From Albugo candida (taxonomy: Eukaryota), in NCBI GenBank assembly GCA_040437565.1, contig JBDOQK010000013.1, positions 372,001 to 436,000 on the forward strand: 64,000 bases of DNA, read 5' to 3'. The position numbers and the translations under genes were made by a program. Each line of letters begins with the position of its first letter. The stretch's first letter is position 1. The notes under the pieces were generated by a model. The model made no database searches, was not told the DNA's origin, and was given only the letters and a program-made list of their open reading frames with translations. Shown one piece after another: positions 25,573-38,502 of the stretch.

Positions 25573-27732
25573 GCAGAGTAGACTCAATTCGCCGAAATCT
25601 GATATATACTAACCAATCGACATCACGTAAATGATAACGTGCAGATTATTTATCTGATTTTGGTACGTTATTTCTGAATGGAACACTTTCATCAAGTAAA
25701 AGCATATACACTTCACCTGGATTATGATCATCCGGCGCTGACACTCTAAGTAGCGAATACCGTCCACGAATTTCACTTTGCTTGATCAATGTTATGTTGT
25801 AAGAATGCAAAATGCACTTGATAGAGAATATGCCCCCATAGCAGTACGCTGTTTGGCCCCGAGTGCGGGAATTCGACTCTCACTGAAGGAAGGTTTGGGA
25901 ATTCCTGGCAGCTAAAATATGGTTTATAAGACGGTGTGGAACGTACAGCCTGAGCACACGCGTGAGAAGGTGAAGCACCGAGATAGTGGCCTTTGAGGTG
26001 AAATATCCAGAAGTAATGTCTCGTACCGTTTTCCCGAGGATCTTGAAGACTGCATTGTTGTTGAGGCGATAATGTAATGATCATACAAGAGAGTGATTAA
26101 ACCCATCGCCGGTGCCAAAACAAAGCCAAGTGGCATCCTGTATGAAATGTACCGAACCGTGAGGGAAGTGGAATGGTCGACGGTATGTTACGGGAAGTCT
26201 GCAGTGTCGTCTATGATAGCTTTGTTGTAGGATGACATCATAGCACGCTGTACATATGGTTTATATTGTTTGGCTCATTCTGTGGCGAAAGTGATTGTCA
26301 CACGGAGGCCACACCACATATCACTACTCTATTCTGCACACCTCGAGTGGCCATGCCCTTACCACCAAACATGAGGCGAACGACTGATCGTCTCGTAGTT
26401 CATACACAAAATATTTCCCGAATACAATTATAGGTCCCGTTCGACATATCTCTTTAATTTCTCCTCAAAGTTCTTGTCGTGTCGGTGTTTTGCAGCACAA
26501 ACCACGCGCTCGATGATTTTGACAAAAGTGCCTAATTGCTTCGTCGTCTCCGTCCCATACAATTACCGTTATAGAAGCACTTCGACGTTTTAGGGTTCCT
26601 TCTGTCACCTGTTCGCTTTGATCATTCGCTGCTGTCGCTTTCGGTAAGCCTGGCCAGTACATGATGCACACAGATAAGGTTGCCTGTCATCTAAGAACGC
26701 TGTTTTCAAATTTGTTAGCTCTTATGGTGAAAGACCTTGTTTTTCATCGAAGAACAGTCCCTGGGACTTGGATCATCATATACTTGATGATGCTGTTGCA
26801 GGTGGATCTAGTCCCACAGGGTACTGGTCAAATGACCTCAAGGCTTCTCTCCCGAGTGCGAGATAAACCCTCCGGGAATTTCGCTCAAACGGCAAGATCT
26901 TATGATGTTCTTCGATTCATTCGATGTATGGAGTATGCATTCATTTAAGGTTGTATTGGTATAGTCGTACAAGGCAAAAGTCACATTGTATTAAACGGCT
27001 ATTTCTCCGTTGCGATCCACATAGCAAATATACTGAGCTTCAATTTAAAACTTACGATCATTTGATAGGGTCACCACTTTCTCATTTGAAAAAAAATTCC
27101 AACTGCGTCAGGATGTGTGAAAGAACGAGATTAGATCCTCTAGCTTTCTTTGTATCTGATGGTAATCTCTTTTGAACCTGAAAATGGAGCCACTAAAGAG
27201 AAGACTGATAATTCAATCCAATCTTCCTACGGCGTCAATAGGTGCTCACATAGACACTAATCATAGCACAAGTCAACAAAGTAGTCGGTAGAGTAAGTAC
27301 TGCTCATTCGAATTGGGCTGTTGTCAGACTTGTTTGTTTCATGTCAGATCGCTCTATATCTTTCAGTGTTCATCGGACGATATAAAATGAGTGTTCATAT
27401 ACCCCATGTAACGCTTATGAGTGTCTCTGAAGACATTCAAATCACTATATAATCCAGCAACATTTTTTATATCGTTCTTCTGCTTGTATTCATTAATCGA
27501 GTCTGGCTCTCATAAAGCGATAACTCTTCAATCCGATCAGACACGACTGTGAACCTTTTGATGCATTTTATCATTCTCCTTAATAATGTTCGTTGTTTCT
27601 TCCTAGTCGAATGATAAGCTGGACTGAGTGCGACTTTATTGCAAAATGACTTCAAATGTTCTCATATTGCAAAATGTCTATGGCGTGTCAATAATATGAA
27701 AGCAGATCTACAGCCAGCATCAGGATTTTGGG

Positions 27733-30680
27733 TCACAAAACGATTCCTTCTGAACTAAGATAAGAGCAATTTGCAGCAAACTGAGCCATTTCGTCGTTTT
27801 GATGCATCAACATTATATCGAGATGATCCGAACATAATCCTCCTCCAATGACCCACTTTTTGCAATTTTGCCCTCCACACTTTTTACCGCCTCCATGAGC
27901 TTTGCAATGGCCGCCTCCACGGTCAACAGCTTGACACCCTTCAGTTTTGCATTTGGTACCGCCTCCATGACGAATGCAATATCCACCACCTTTCTGCATA
28001 TTCGTGCAGCCATCGCTAAGACATCGTTTACCACCACCATGCGTCTTACAGAGTTTGAAATTTTGTGCAGCACGTTCACAACCATCCACTCTGCACAAAA
28101 GTTTTCCTCCATGACCTCGACAGCGTTTGTTGACCTGCCGAATCTTTTCGCATCCATCAACGATACATTTGCGGCCACCACCATGAGCAATACAGTGTCC
28201 TCCCCCTAGAAAATCTACATTAGCTGAGACCCTAACAATGAGGAGCCAGAACGCACCTAAATCATGTTTTGTGCAGCCGATCGTCTTACACCGCTTTCCA
28301 GGTCCTTTGTGATCCGAGCACACACCTCCTCCAATCGCCCAGTTTCGGCATTGGTCAGCCTCGCACTTTTTTCCACCTCCATGACGCTTGCAAAATCCCC
28401 CGCCCCGATCTACTTTGCCGCATGCTTTTTCGCGACACTTCTTACCACCACCATGAGCGATGCAAAAACCTCCACCAATGTCTCGTTTCTTGCAGCCTTC
28501 GAACTGACAGTACCGGCCGCCTCCATGTGATTTGCAATATCTACAATGATGCTCAATTTGATCACGAAACAGATTGTATGGCGTAATCGCATCAAACACT
28601 TACCCTCCTTCCATTCGTTTGTTTCCGCACCCGTCTACAGCACACAATGGTTTTCCACCATGCCCTGAGCAGTATCCATATCCCTGTACTTGTTTTGTAC
28701 AATTCGCTACCTTACACTTCTTTCCACCGCCATGTCGTATGCAGAAACCATTTCCTTGGTTGAATTTTTCACAACGTGCATGTTTACAGAATTGGCTTGA
28801 TTTGTGTATGGCACATCTTCCGTCTAGCCCAGTTGATGGGCGCACACAGCGATTCAGCTTTTTTCCATGATAACGGCATTGGTGTCTGCCAATCTTCACT
28901 TCGGCAACATGTGCCATCGAGACTTGCAGACGTTCTCCATCCCCAAACACATTTGAAAGTATCGCTTCTGATGGTGTAATAGACGAAGTGGTGGTGCCCG
29001 ATATATCCGCAGGATTACTATCAGAGCCAACATTGTTTTTTGGTGCAGAATTCGTTTCTCTTTGCAAGCAGAATGACGAATCGTAAGGAATTTCCCCTCT
29101 GTTGCTATTACCCAATGATAGATCCAAATGCAATTGAATATCCAGTTCATCATTTTCATTCGCAAAAGACGTCGCTGATTCATACTCGGGAGGATTATTA
29201 TTCCGATTTGACGGATTTGGTGCTATGTGTGATGATGTATTTCGTTGGGCTGTGCATAGTTGAGAGTCATGCTGCGTTTGTAAAAGTCGACTCTCGGGCA
29301 TATCGCTTCGTGAAGCATGTGATGTCACAGTGCTACTTCGTTCTGATGACAGTGAATGAGCATTTGAAATATCAGCTCCCGCCAGACCTGTATTCTTCAT
29401 CAAATGAAGTGCAGAAGACTGTTTTCTATCGCTCAATGCGATAGGAGTTGCGATGGAAGTGCCAACGAAATGCATTCTTATAAAGTCGTCATCTTGCAGC
29501 GGTAAGTCGCGTGCCACTCGCGTCATAACTTTACTGTTCTGCCTAGATTTTTGCTCTGCGTGTGCTAATAACATTTGAGCGAAACTAACAGCAGCAGTTG
29601 CTGCATTAGTTGCATCGAAATCGGTATCATCTACATGTCGTTCTTTTTCAGGTGTCCCGCAAGCATTCCTCGTAGTAGCTAACTCAGATTCAGCTCTATT
29701 TGAGTGACTTTGCGAGTATGCGGAAGCAGCCAGCTCAGAATGATGGTCCCGTCTTGTAGTATCTTCTGTAGAAAGCTCTGCAGACTCGAGCTCCTCAAAG
29801 CAAGGATTGTCCGTTATGCTCGACCGGAAATCCAAAGTGCAGTCTTCAACAGCGTTTCCGTTTGTGATATGACCTGAGAAGAGATATTAGTTCATTGCGA
29901 GGAAGTTGCTTCATGCGAGGTCCCGTACGCACGTATCTCAACCTCAAGACGAGCATCTTCCTGACTTCTGGAACCACCAAGAAAGCGCAANNNNNNNNNN
30001 NNNNNNNNNNNNNNNNNNNNNNNNNNNNNNNNNNNNNNNNNNNNNNNNNNNNNNNNNNNNNNNNNNNNNNNNNNNNNNNNNNNNNNNNNNAGTTGCGATG
30101 GAAGTGCCAACGAAATGCATTCTTATAAAGTCGTCATCTTGCAGCGGTAAGTCGCGTGCCACTCGCGTCATAACTTTACTGTTCTGCCTAGATTTTTGCT
30201 CTGCGTGTGCTAATAACATTTGAGCGAAACTAACAGCAGCAGTTGCTGCATTAGTTGCATCGAAATCGGTATCATCTACATGTCGTTCTTTTTCAGGTGT
30301 CCCGCAAGCATTCCTCGTAGTAGCTAACTCAGATTCAGCTCTATTTGAGTGACTTTGCGAGTATGCGGAAGCAGCCAGCTCAGAATGATGGTCCCGTCTT
30401 GTAGTATCTTCTGTAGAAAGCTCTGCAGACTCGAGCTCCTCAAAGCAAGGATTGTCCGTTATGCTCGACCGGAAATCCAAAGTGCAGTCTTCAACAGCGT
30501 TTCCGTTTGTGATATGACCTGAGAAGAGATATTAGTTCATTGCGAGGAAGTTGCTTCATGCGAGGTGTACGCACGTATCTCAACCTCAAGACGAGCATCT
30601 TCCTGACTTCTGGAACCACCAAGAAAGCGCAAGTACCCTTCATCCATCAACAGCGTCGACTCTTCTGAAGAATGATCCAT
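27733..30680 (-). CDS. WRKY19-type zinc-finger repeat protein (C-x4-C-x-K...C-x2-HGGG repeats) with disordered N-terminal half
   Basis: About a dozen CxxxGC...CxxH(GGG) units. Introns at ~28542-28603 and ~28207-28257. First exon MDHSSEES... from ATG 30680 splices in frame to ...CTLDFRSS. The span includes the artefactual duplication and gap. Confidence 0.85.
29446..30632. repeat. Gap-flanking duplication (29446-29990 ~ 30091-30632) differing by a 3-bp intronic indel
   Basis: cgaggtCCCgtacgc versus cgaggtgtacgc; no other difference seen by eye. Confidence 0.9.
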
Positions 30681-31251
30681 ACAAATCAAGATGGTGCGCT
30701 TTCTATGCGACAGTGCAAGTCGCAAACTTGAAAGCAGGTTGAGAATAAGTAAGGCGTTCTCGATTCGCGTTGCGATTTGAGGCGGCTCTGTTCTGATCGT
30801 TTACAAGCAGATCGTTTAAATAGTAGCCGGCAGATGAAGACGATGTTTGAATTGCTTTTACAATCTAATCTCGATTTAACTTTACATAAGTTTTGTTTAC
30901 TCACAAATACTATTTACTTAGCAAAGTAAAATGGAACTTAATATATCACACCCGGTATCATTTGCGCCATACGGTGCTGTACAAGCACGCTTTCACCTCA
31001 ATGATTATAGTGATGTCGTGGTCGATGGTTGCGATGTCTTGGATTGCCGGTTTTTTCGTTCTTCCTTCAATTTCGTGCTTCTGACGAGCTGCATGGCCAA
31101 CACAATACATGAATGTAGCAGTGTCCACGGGCTGAGACTAGCACCCTTGATGCTCTGATATAACATAACCTATCAATGTTTCTATACTTCAGACTTTTAT
31201 TAAATGACAAGAGGGGCGTGCGATCGCGTCTTAGTTGGAGTCATTTAAACT

Positions 31252-31992
31252 TCAAGCCACTCGAAGAATCAAATGGATGCCACTGTCGCTTTCCACGATA
31301 TCACTGAGCTCATTGACTTCCAGAGAAAAAGCCGCGGCTTCAAAAGAAGCCTGCATCTGACCACGACCAAACATGCCAAGATCTCCTCCCCTTTTCGCAC
31401 TACATAGAAAAATATACCTTTATCAGCAAGCAACAACATGGTACATGAATTCGAACATCACCTGCTACAATCGCTTTCTTCTTTTGCTATTTCCTCAAAG
31501 AGGGCACGGATTGCTTCGTTTGTGTTCCCCTAAGTGCAAAGATAAGACTGGATCCTTGCAAAAATTCTTACAAAGGGTCACTTTTTCATACATTCTTTTC
31601 TTTGCACACCATCAACTTTTCTTGAATACCTTGTATCTTATTGATTGCGACCGCTTTGCTTCGAGTAATAGACTCCTGGCGCCAAGAAGAGGGTCGTCGA
31701 GACTGTGCATGTTTAACTAAAATATGAAGGGCCTTCAGGCGAATACTTGTTAATTTTTTCCTGACAAATGGGATTTCTCACTCACTTGCACTTTGTCGAG
31801 CCCATTCGTGTGGGAGACTTTAGCTCCGTGTTTTTCCCGTCGATATTCTCGCTCTTTAGCGTGTACATGAGACAGCTTCCAAGTCTTCTCACCTGTCTTC
31901 ACATTGAGGAAATACACAGATCCCGGGCGACTTTTACTTTGTACTTCCTTCCACCCTTTTGGAATCTGTTTAGCGTCTTTACTTGTGCTCAT
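31252..31992 (-). CDS. PIN1: Pin1/Ess1-type parvulin peptidyl-prolyl isomerase with WW domain, multi-exon
   Basis: WW domain [79 protein letters not shown]...[10 protein letters not shown]. Confidence 0.93.
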
Positions 31993-32714
31993 ACTCGCGA
32001 TCGCTGGGTTCTCGATTCACCGTTGACTGCTTGAATTCTAGCCAATCAAAATGAGGCAAAACTTAGTGCGCTCGATATATATATATCGATTACTAAATTT
32101 TAAAAATATAGTCTACTTGTGTNNNNNNNNNNNNNNNNNNNNNNNNNNNNNNNNNNNNNNNNNNNNNNNNNNNNNNNNNNNNNNNNNNNNNNNNNNNNNN
32201 NNNNNNNNNNNNNNNNNNNNNNCAAAACTTAGTGCGCTCGATTAATATATATCGATTATTAAATTTTAAAAATATAGTCTACTTGTGTTCGAATTTTTGC
32301 GCAAGATTAATGTTTTGCACCCAAAAAGCTAAAGCATCAGCGCGCGATAAAGGAGATCATCCTATTAAAGTCTCCGGAAACTTCATCCTTCGTAGAATCA
32401 TGCACGTGACACATAGAGACAATCGGGAGGAAGCGGCTCTCGCCATCGCATACATAATGTAATTTATGTTGGCATTTTCTGCAAACTTTCTATCGATCAT
32501 CTCGTATCGCATGTGATAAGCGAAACTGTATCGAATACCAAGTGTAGGCTAAGAGAGACAATCTCATGACTCCGATGGGTTCAACTTGAGACAATGTTAA
32601 TGATCCAGCAATTTGTAAGGGAAATTGTCTCAGACAGTATGCCTGTCTATTGAGTATGCAAGAAAGACCCAATCATACTTCACTCACCATATGGTGGAAT
32701 CACATGGTGAGGAT

Positions 32715-34020
32715 CCAGTAGAAGTTGAGTCGCTTATATACGATAGCGCATATATGTGTCGCATATGCCGCAATAACTAAGAAAATATTTGAGCGTAAGC
32801 ACTTCTCAACGGGTAACCTCAATCACTTCTTTCCCAAATTTTTTGCTTCGTTACAGGCGCCGTAGAACGCAGCGACGAATCTCCATTTTGAAGTTTTTAT
32901 CCAACTCAACAAGTGGCTTTAATGGAGTTGCAACGCATTCTCAACCACGATGGTATCGAAAGCATGAGTGTCCGCCAGTGTAAAGCACTTTCCGTTACGA
33001 CAAACGTTCCGCTACGAGTTGGCAAGTGGACACCCGAGGAAGAAGCTTTTGCGTCAGAGCTTATTGAAGCATTTTTAAATGGCTTGCTGGACATACCGGA
33101 AGGAGTATCTCTCCGACTCTTTCTTGCCAGAAAGCTATTCTGCCCACCCATGCGAATCACAACAAAGCTTTCAACGAATCAACTAGGTGGCAAACCCATC
33201 CGCAAACGGCTTGGGCAACTGCGCTATTTTCCGTCATCTTTAGTTGGTCAGTTCGATAAGCATCTTGCATGTAAATTCCGGTGTGACGAACTAGAAGCAA
33301 AATTTCGTTCGCGAGAANNNNNNNNNNNNNNNNNNNNNNNNNNNNNNNNNNNNNNNNNNNNNNNNNNNNNNNNNNNNNNNNNNNNNNNNNNNNNNNNNNN
33401 NNNNNNNNNNNNNNNNNCCAGTAGAAGTTGAGTCGCTTATATACGATAGCGCATATATGTGTCGCATATGCCGCAATAACTAAGAAAATATTTGAGCGTA
33501 AGCACTTCTCAACGGGTAACCTCAATCACTTCTTTCCCAAATTTTTTGCTTCGTTACAGGCGCCGTAGAACGCAGCGACGAATCTCCATTTTGAAGTTTT
33601 TATCCAACTCAACAAGTGGCTTTAATGGAGTTGCAACGCATTCTCAACCACGATGGTATCGAAAGCATGAGTGTCCGCCAGTGTAAAGCACTTTCCGTTA
33701 CGACAAACGTTCCGCTACGAGTTGGCAAGTGGACACCCGAGGAAGAAGCTTTTGCGTCAGAGCTTATTGAAGCATTTTTAAATGGCTTGCTGGACATACC
33801 GGAAGGAGTATCTCTCCGACTCTTTCTTGCCAGAAAGCTATTCTGCCCACCCATGCGAATCACAACAAAGCTTTCAACGAATCAACTAGGTGGCAAACCC
33901 ATCCGCAAACGGCTTGGGCAACTGCGCTATTTTCCGTCATCTTTAGTTGGTCAGTTCGATAAGCATCTTGCATGTAAATTCCGGTGTGACGAACTAGAAG
34001 CAAAATTTCGTTCGCGAGAA
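32715..34020. repeat. Gap-flanking duplication (32715-33317 = 33418-34020); explains the truncated ORF at 32913
   Basis: Same sequence on both sides of the 100-N gap. Confidence 0.9.
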
Positions 34021-34428
34021 AATTTTCCACAAATCAAATATGAGACCCGAACTCTCGATGATAAGTCAAGCACAAGACGTAAGAGCAAACGCCCAACACG
34101 AAGTGGAAGTTGGACCAGAGAGGAAGAAGAATACGCGCTAGGGCTGATCTCAGCCTTTCAAGCAGGTGTTCTGGATTTGACCGCTGGTACTACGTTAAGA
34201 AGCTATCTCGCAGAACATCTATGTTGCGACAAAATGCGAATTACGAAAAAGATGTCGTATGGTACGATTGGCGATCGTTCTATTCCGTCCCGACTTGGTC
34301 GTTTGCGTTACCGAGCAGCTCCAGCAGTCTCTCCTACCCAGTCGTTACGTATGCTTTCGAGACTAGAAAGTCTACGACGTGGCTGTTTCGCAATCGATCG
34401 GAGACACTCGGTACAAAATTCGATCTAA
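33625..34428 (+). CDS. Protein with two tandem Myb/SANT-like modules (RxGxWTxEEE...GxxLRxxL...CxxMRITxK)
   Basis: ATG at 33625. Modules LRVGKWTPEEEAFA...LFCPPMRITTKL and TRSGSWTREEEEYA...LCCDKMRITKKM. Confidence 0.8.
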   Translation: MELQRILNHDGIESMSVRQCKALSVTTNVPLRVGKWTPEEEAFASELIEAFLNGLLDIPEGVSLRLFLARKLFCPPMRITTKLSTNQLGGKPIRKRLGQLRYFPSSLVGQFDKHLACKFRCDELEAKFRSRENFPQIKYETRTLDDKSSTRRKSKRPTRSGSWTREEEEYALGLISAFQAGVLDLTAGTTLRSYLAEHLCCDKMRITKKMSYGTIGDRSIPSRLGRLRYRAAPAVSPTQSLRMLSRLESLRRGCFAIDRRHSVQNSI

Positions 34429-35701
34429 TTACAAAGCGTTGGACATAATTAAAATAATAATCTATTCAAAAGCTTACCAAATTACAGGATGCATAAATTT
34501 TCATCATTGAACGTGTGTACACAGACTGCTTAAAAATGCTCTATGCAAATTGTATCCGTAAACAACTTGCGTGCTCGTTTAGCGTAGTTCGTCTTTCGCC
34601 CTTATGCGTCTGGCACGTATCTCTGACAAAACACAGCCAAAAAGGCTCAATGACGCTTTCTATGTTGAAGAAATCTCTTTGATAGAGCTTATGGATGCGA
34701 TCTGAGAAGTAGAAAAGGATGTTGCATCATTACAGACAGTTTTGACGACGCCTTCGCCCAACGAGAAATTCAATTCAAAATAGGAGACGATTATATCACC
34801 TGTTCACGCATTAGAAAAGCCAATAAACGCATCTCTATCGTTCCTGGTAATTATCCGAGTTAGAAGATTGATCTTGTGCTGTCGGCCTTTCTCAGCATGA
34901 TGGTAGCCTCGTGAAACAGCTCAATAGCTTCACAGTGAGATTTCACGCCATTCAACCCATATGACACAGCATATGAAGACGCATCGGGCTGGATGCTCGG
35001 ATGCGTCGAGTTTGTAAAGAATATCGGTGTTAACGAGAAGTCGACGTACACGCACGTACACGCCGGAGAAAAGCCGGAATGAGAAGAACAAAAACAGCAA
35101 GTCCAAACTGAAGAGAACGCCAAAGATCGCCAGTGGACGATGGGACACAAGTTAATGCATATGGACCTTAATTTGACAGATCACACCCGCAAGCTTTTCA
35201 TTGAAGCCCGATGGCTCGCTCCCATCCATTACAGGACGAGTAATGTGTACAGATCGTTTCGACTGCAAATTGGTTAGACCAAGTGTAGTCGCCGCTGGAG
35301 AAAGAGGATACATCAGAATTACAGATTTGAACGAAGGAATAGAACTCGTAGTCTGCTTTACAACGGTCTATATAATCGACAGCAACCAGAGAGCAATTTG
35401 TTCGTTCAATGCCATAAACGAATCTAGCGGAGCGAGCGCTGTCTTGCTCTATTGAGAATCAAACAGCTCTCGCCCATAAAGATGGATCAAACTAGTGGGG
35501 ATACATTATTTAGAGCATCAAGCCTTCCTTGAAAGGACACTTGTGCTGCATATAGAGTGTGAAATTATAGATTCGAAATACAGCCTGAGGTTCTGACGGA
35601 AGGAATTTCTGATGTCGTCCGTGGAGGTATCCTTATATGTCACCGATGTACACGATCCCCACAATAGTAAATAATCGTTTGATTCGATATACAATCGTCT
35701 T

Positions 35702-36585
35702 TTACATAGCTACAAGATCCTTCTCTTTTTGCTCTAATAATGCATCGATCTCAACGATACACTGGTCGGTTAACTTCTGAATCGCGTCTTTCATCTCTTT
35801 GACATCGTCCTCCGCGATTTCTTTACTTTTCTTCAAGGTATTCATGGAATCTTGACGAACTCGACGTATATGACTACGTGCCTGTTCTGCTTGTTTTTTC
35901 ACGGATTTAGACAGCTCTATTCTTGTTTCTTTGGACATCCTATGTGATTACTCCCGTCTTAATTCACACGCCTAAAAATTTAGATAGTAGTACTTACTTG
36001 GGGAATGTAACTACCAGCGAGGAGATTTCCTCTCTGATCGAATAGCATGCGTTTACGTTTGCAATGGTTTTCTTGACTTCCTGTAGTAGCTACTCGACAT
36101 ATGATTATGTCATTTAGTGTTCTTGCATCAGCCATGTGACTTACGCTATGGTCATATACATTGACGGACAACGAATAAGCTCCAGTGACCGCAATTTGGG
36201 CAAGTTGAGGAAGTGGAACGGATTGTCCATACGCTTGCACATGAACTGTATCAAATATCCCACCATCCGCTTTTCCAGGTCGCATTTGGCTAAGTTGTCG
36301 GGTAAAGTTCAAAATTGCACCATTCATATTTCTTCTACTCTTTGCTTTCAGCTCTTCTGCGTCAAACTCTTCACTTTCGGGGCTCTTATTTTGCTTTTTA
36401 GTCTTTGCAAATGTGCGAACGTGTTGTTGCGCAGGACACAGTAGCTGCTGAGGGGTTTGTAATTGGATGTTGTTCACAGAATGCGTACTGATCACACGCA
36501 TTGGCAGACGAACAAGTGATAAACATTGCAATTGCGCTCTCACGGTACGACAACGGCCGCTTAAGCGAATCAGCGTCGATCTCAT
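35702..36585 (-). CDS. MRRF: Mitochondrial ribosome recycling factor, multi-exon
   Basis: Arg-rich presequence MRSTLIRLSGRCRTVR; QMRPGKAD...VQAYGQSVPLPQLAQI; last exon SKETRIELSKSVKKQAEQARSHIRRVRQD...IQKLTD. Confidence 0.9.
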
Positions 36586-36681
36586 CAGAACCACTGAGTT
36601 AGAATGAAAGTAGTCATGTGGACCACCTTGATACAGATTTATTTGATTCAATGTATCCGATAGAATGATTTGAAAGCTACT

Positions 36682-38386
36682 TTACTCTGTGCTACTTTGC
36701 AGCCGCTGTTGTAGCTCACGATTTCTTACCATCAATTCTCGTATTCGTGTGTGTTCGTTTTCAAAAGTGTTTGAGCAGTTTGTCTGCGCATTACTCTCCT
36801 TGACAGGGAAATTTTGCTCGGCACATCTTTGGCAGTGTGATGGCGTAAATTCGTTTCTAGAGCGTGTGAGACAAGTTCCATGACGTTGATTCGACGCTGT
36901 TATAGGTTCCTGCAAATCTCGTGTTAAACTGTGGCCATTTCGCACAAGCATCCATTCAGAAAGCAAATCGTTGCGTTGCGTTGCACTTTGCAGATCCAAC
37001 TTCAAGACGGAAAGCTTTGATTCCAAGTTAATTTTATCAGCCTTCAAAACATCGAAATGACGTTTCCAATCTTGATCTCGTTGCGATTGCAATGATCTCA
37101 ATTCCTGGACCTGGACATATCAAATCAGTAAATATCCTAGTTGGTTGTTCAAGACCGTTGATCGTACCGTCTGCGTCAGCGTGCAATTTTCCGTCTCAAG
37201 ATCCAGGACTTGCGCCTTGAGCTCTTCAGTTTCCTTCAGTGCATATGTACTGGAATCGAAACGTCTCATTAGCATGCTGCACCTCTTTTCCATCGCGCCA
37301 TTAATTTCTTGCAAGGAGTGTATTTCACTGGTTGATTCTTCGTCGCGTTCGCGAGCTTGTATGATCTGCTGTTCTTTTTCTTCGACTTGTAAGCGCAGTG
37401 AAACAATCATATTTTGGGCTTCTAAAGCCTCAGATCGAAGCTCATCAACTTGGACACGATATCGTTGCTCTTGACTCTCATCTTCGCGATGTTGTGCTTG
37501 CAACTGCTTCACTCTCATACGCTCTCGCTCCAGGCGATTTCTAAGAGATGTTGATTCGTGCTACAAACTGCTATAAGGCGACTGCGACATCCAGTCTGAT
37601 ATTACTCACATCTTTGCGATCGAGCTCTTGTTCCAGTTCCTTAATTGTAACTGTTAATGTCTCCTGAATTTTGTGCTGAAATGTGTTGTTATCGTGACCA
37701 GGTCGTCGTCTGAAGCCATCTCTGTCGTGTGAAGGGGGTGCAGGAGGAGGAAGCGGAATCTCAGTTGAATGAAGTATATCTGACTGATCAGAATCATGTA
37801 TTGTTCCATGATACTGTAACAGCAATTTCTTCTCCCGTTCTAGCTCAAGAGCTCGGCGAATCAACTGTTCATTCTTTTCTTTTTCAAGCCGCAACTCCTT
37901 CCGTAGTTGGTCCTGCACAGCCTCAAATTCATGGGACATATCATGGGTATCATGACTACAAGGTAGAAGAGAACATGGAGATGCAAATTCATGCTGTTCT
38001 AAAATCTTCTTCAGCCTCTGTATCTCCTTCTCAGCTTCTTGTCGAACTTTCGTCTCCTCTTGCACTTTTTCCGTCAGGACTGCAAACTTCTCACATAAGG
38101 TGTGTAGTTGCTCGGTAGCTTCTGTACTGGAGAGCGATTTAGGCAAATCTTTGGCGTTTCTTGCCTGGTATGAGCAAGAGCACGTTGAGATCTAGAGAAT
38201 AAGACATCATGCAAGAGGAATACTCGTACAGATGCAAGAGGTTCAGAACGTGAACCAGAATCATCACTGTCATTTGTGCTGCTAGCGACTCGCTTTTCTG
38301 CCAGTGGAAAGGTGAGTCACGAGGGTACAGATGACCTTTGCAAGCAATTTTTGACCTCCGGTCTTGTTCCGGTCGATATTTCCCAT
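36682..38386 (-). CDS. Multi-exon long coiled-coil protein
   Basis: Three consecutive coiled-coil ORFs plus small upstream exons (MGNIDRNKTG|EKRVASSTND...EPLAS|ARNAKDLPKS) joined by GT-AG introns. Start uncertain. Confidence 0.7.
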
Positions 38387-38502
38387 TCCACTTCCTCTCG
38401 CCAAAACGTATGCCGACACCAAACTGTTCGAAGACAAAATTTCAGTTGCATTACTATTTTTAGGAATAGCGGTATTTCGCAACCTCTGGTACACCATTGA
38501 GA

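Noticed and set aside
32913-33317. Apparent second Myb-like gene
   Set aside because: Identical, gap-truncated duplicate of 33616 onward.
34864-35277. Plus-strand frame interrupted only by three TGA codons (34912, 34936, 35080); considered selenocysteine or readthrough
   Set aside because: No recognisable selenoprotein motif or homology. Decay or chance is simpler.
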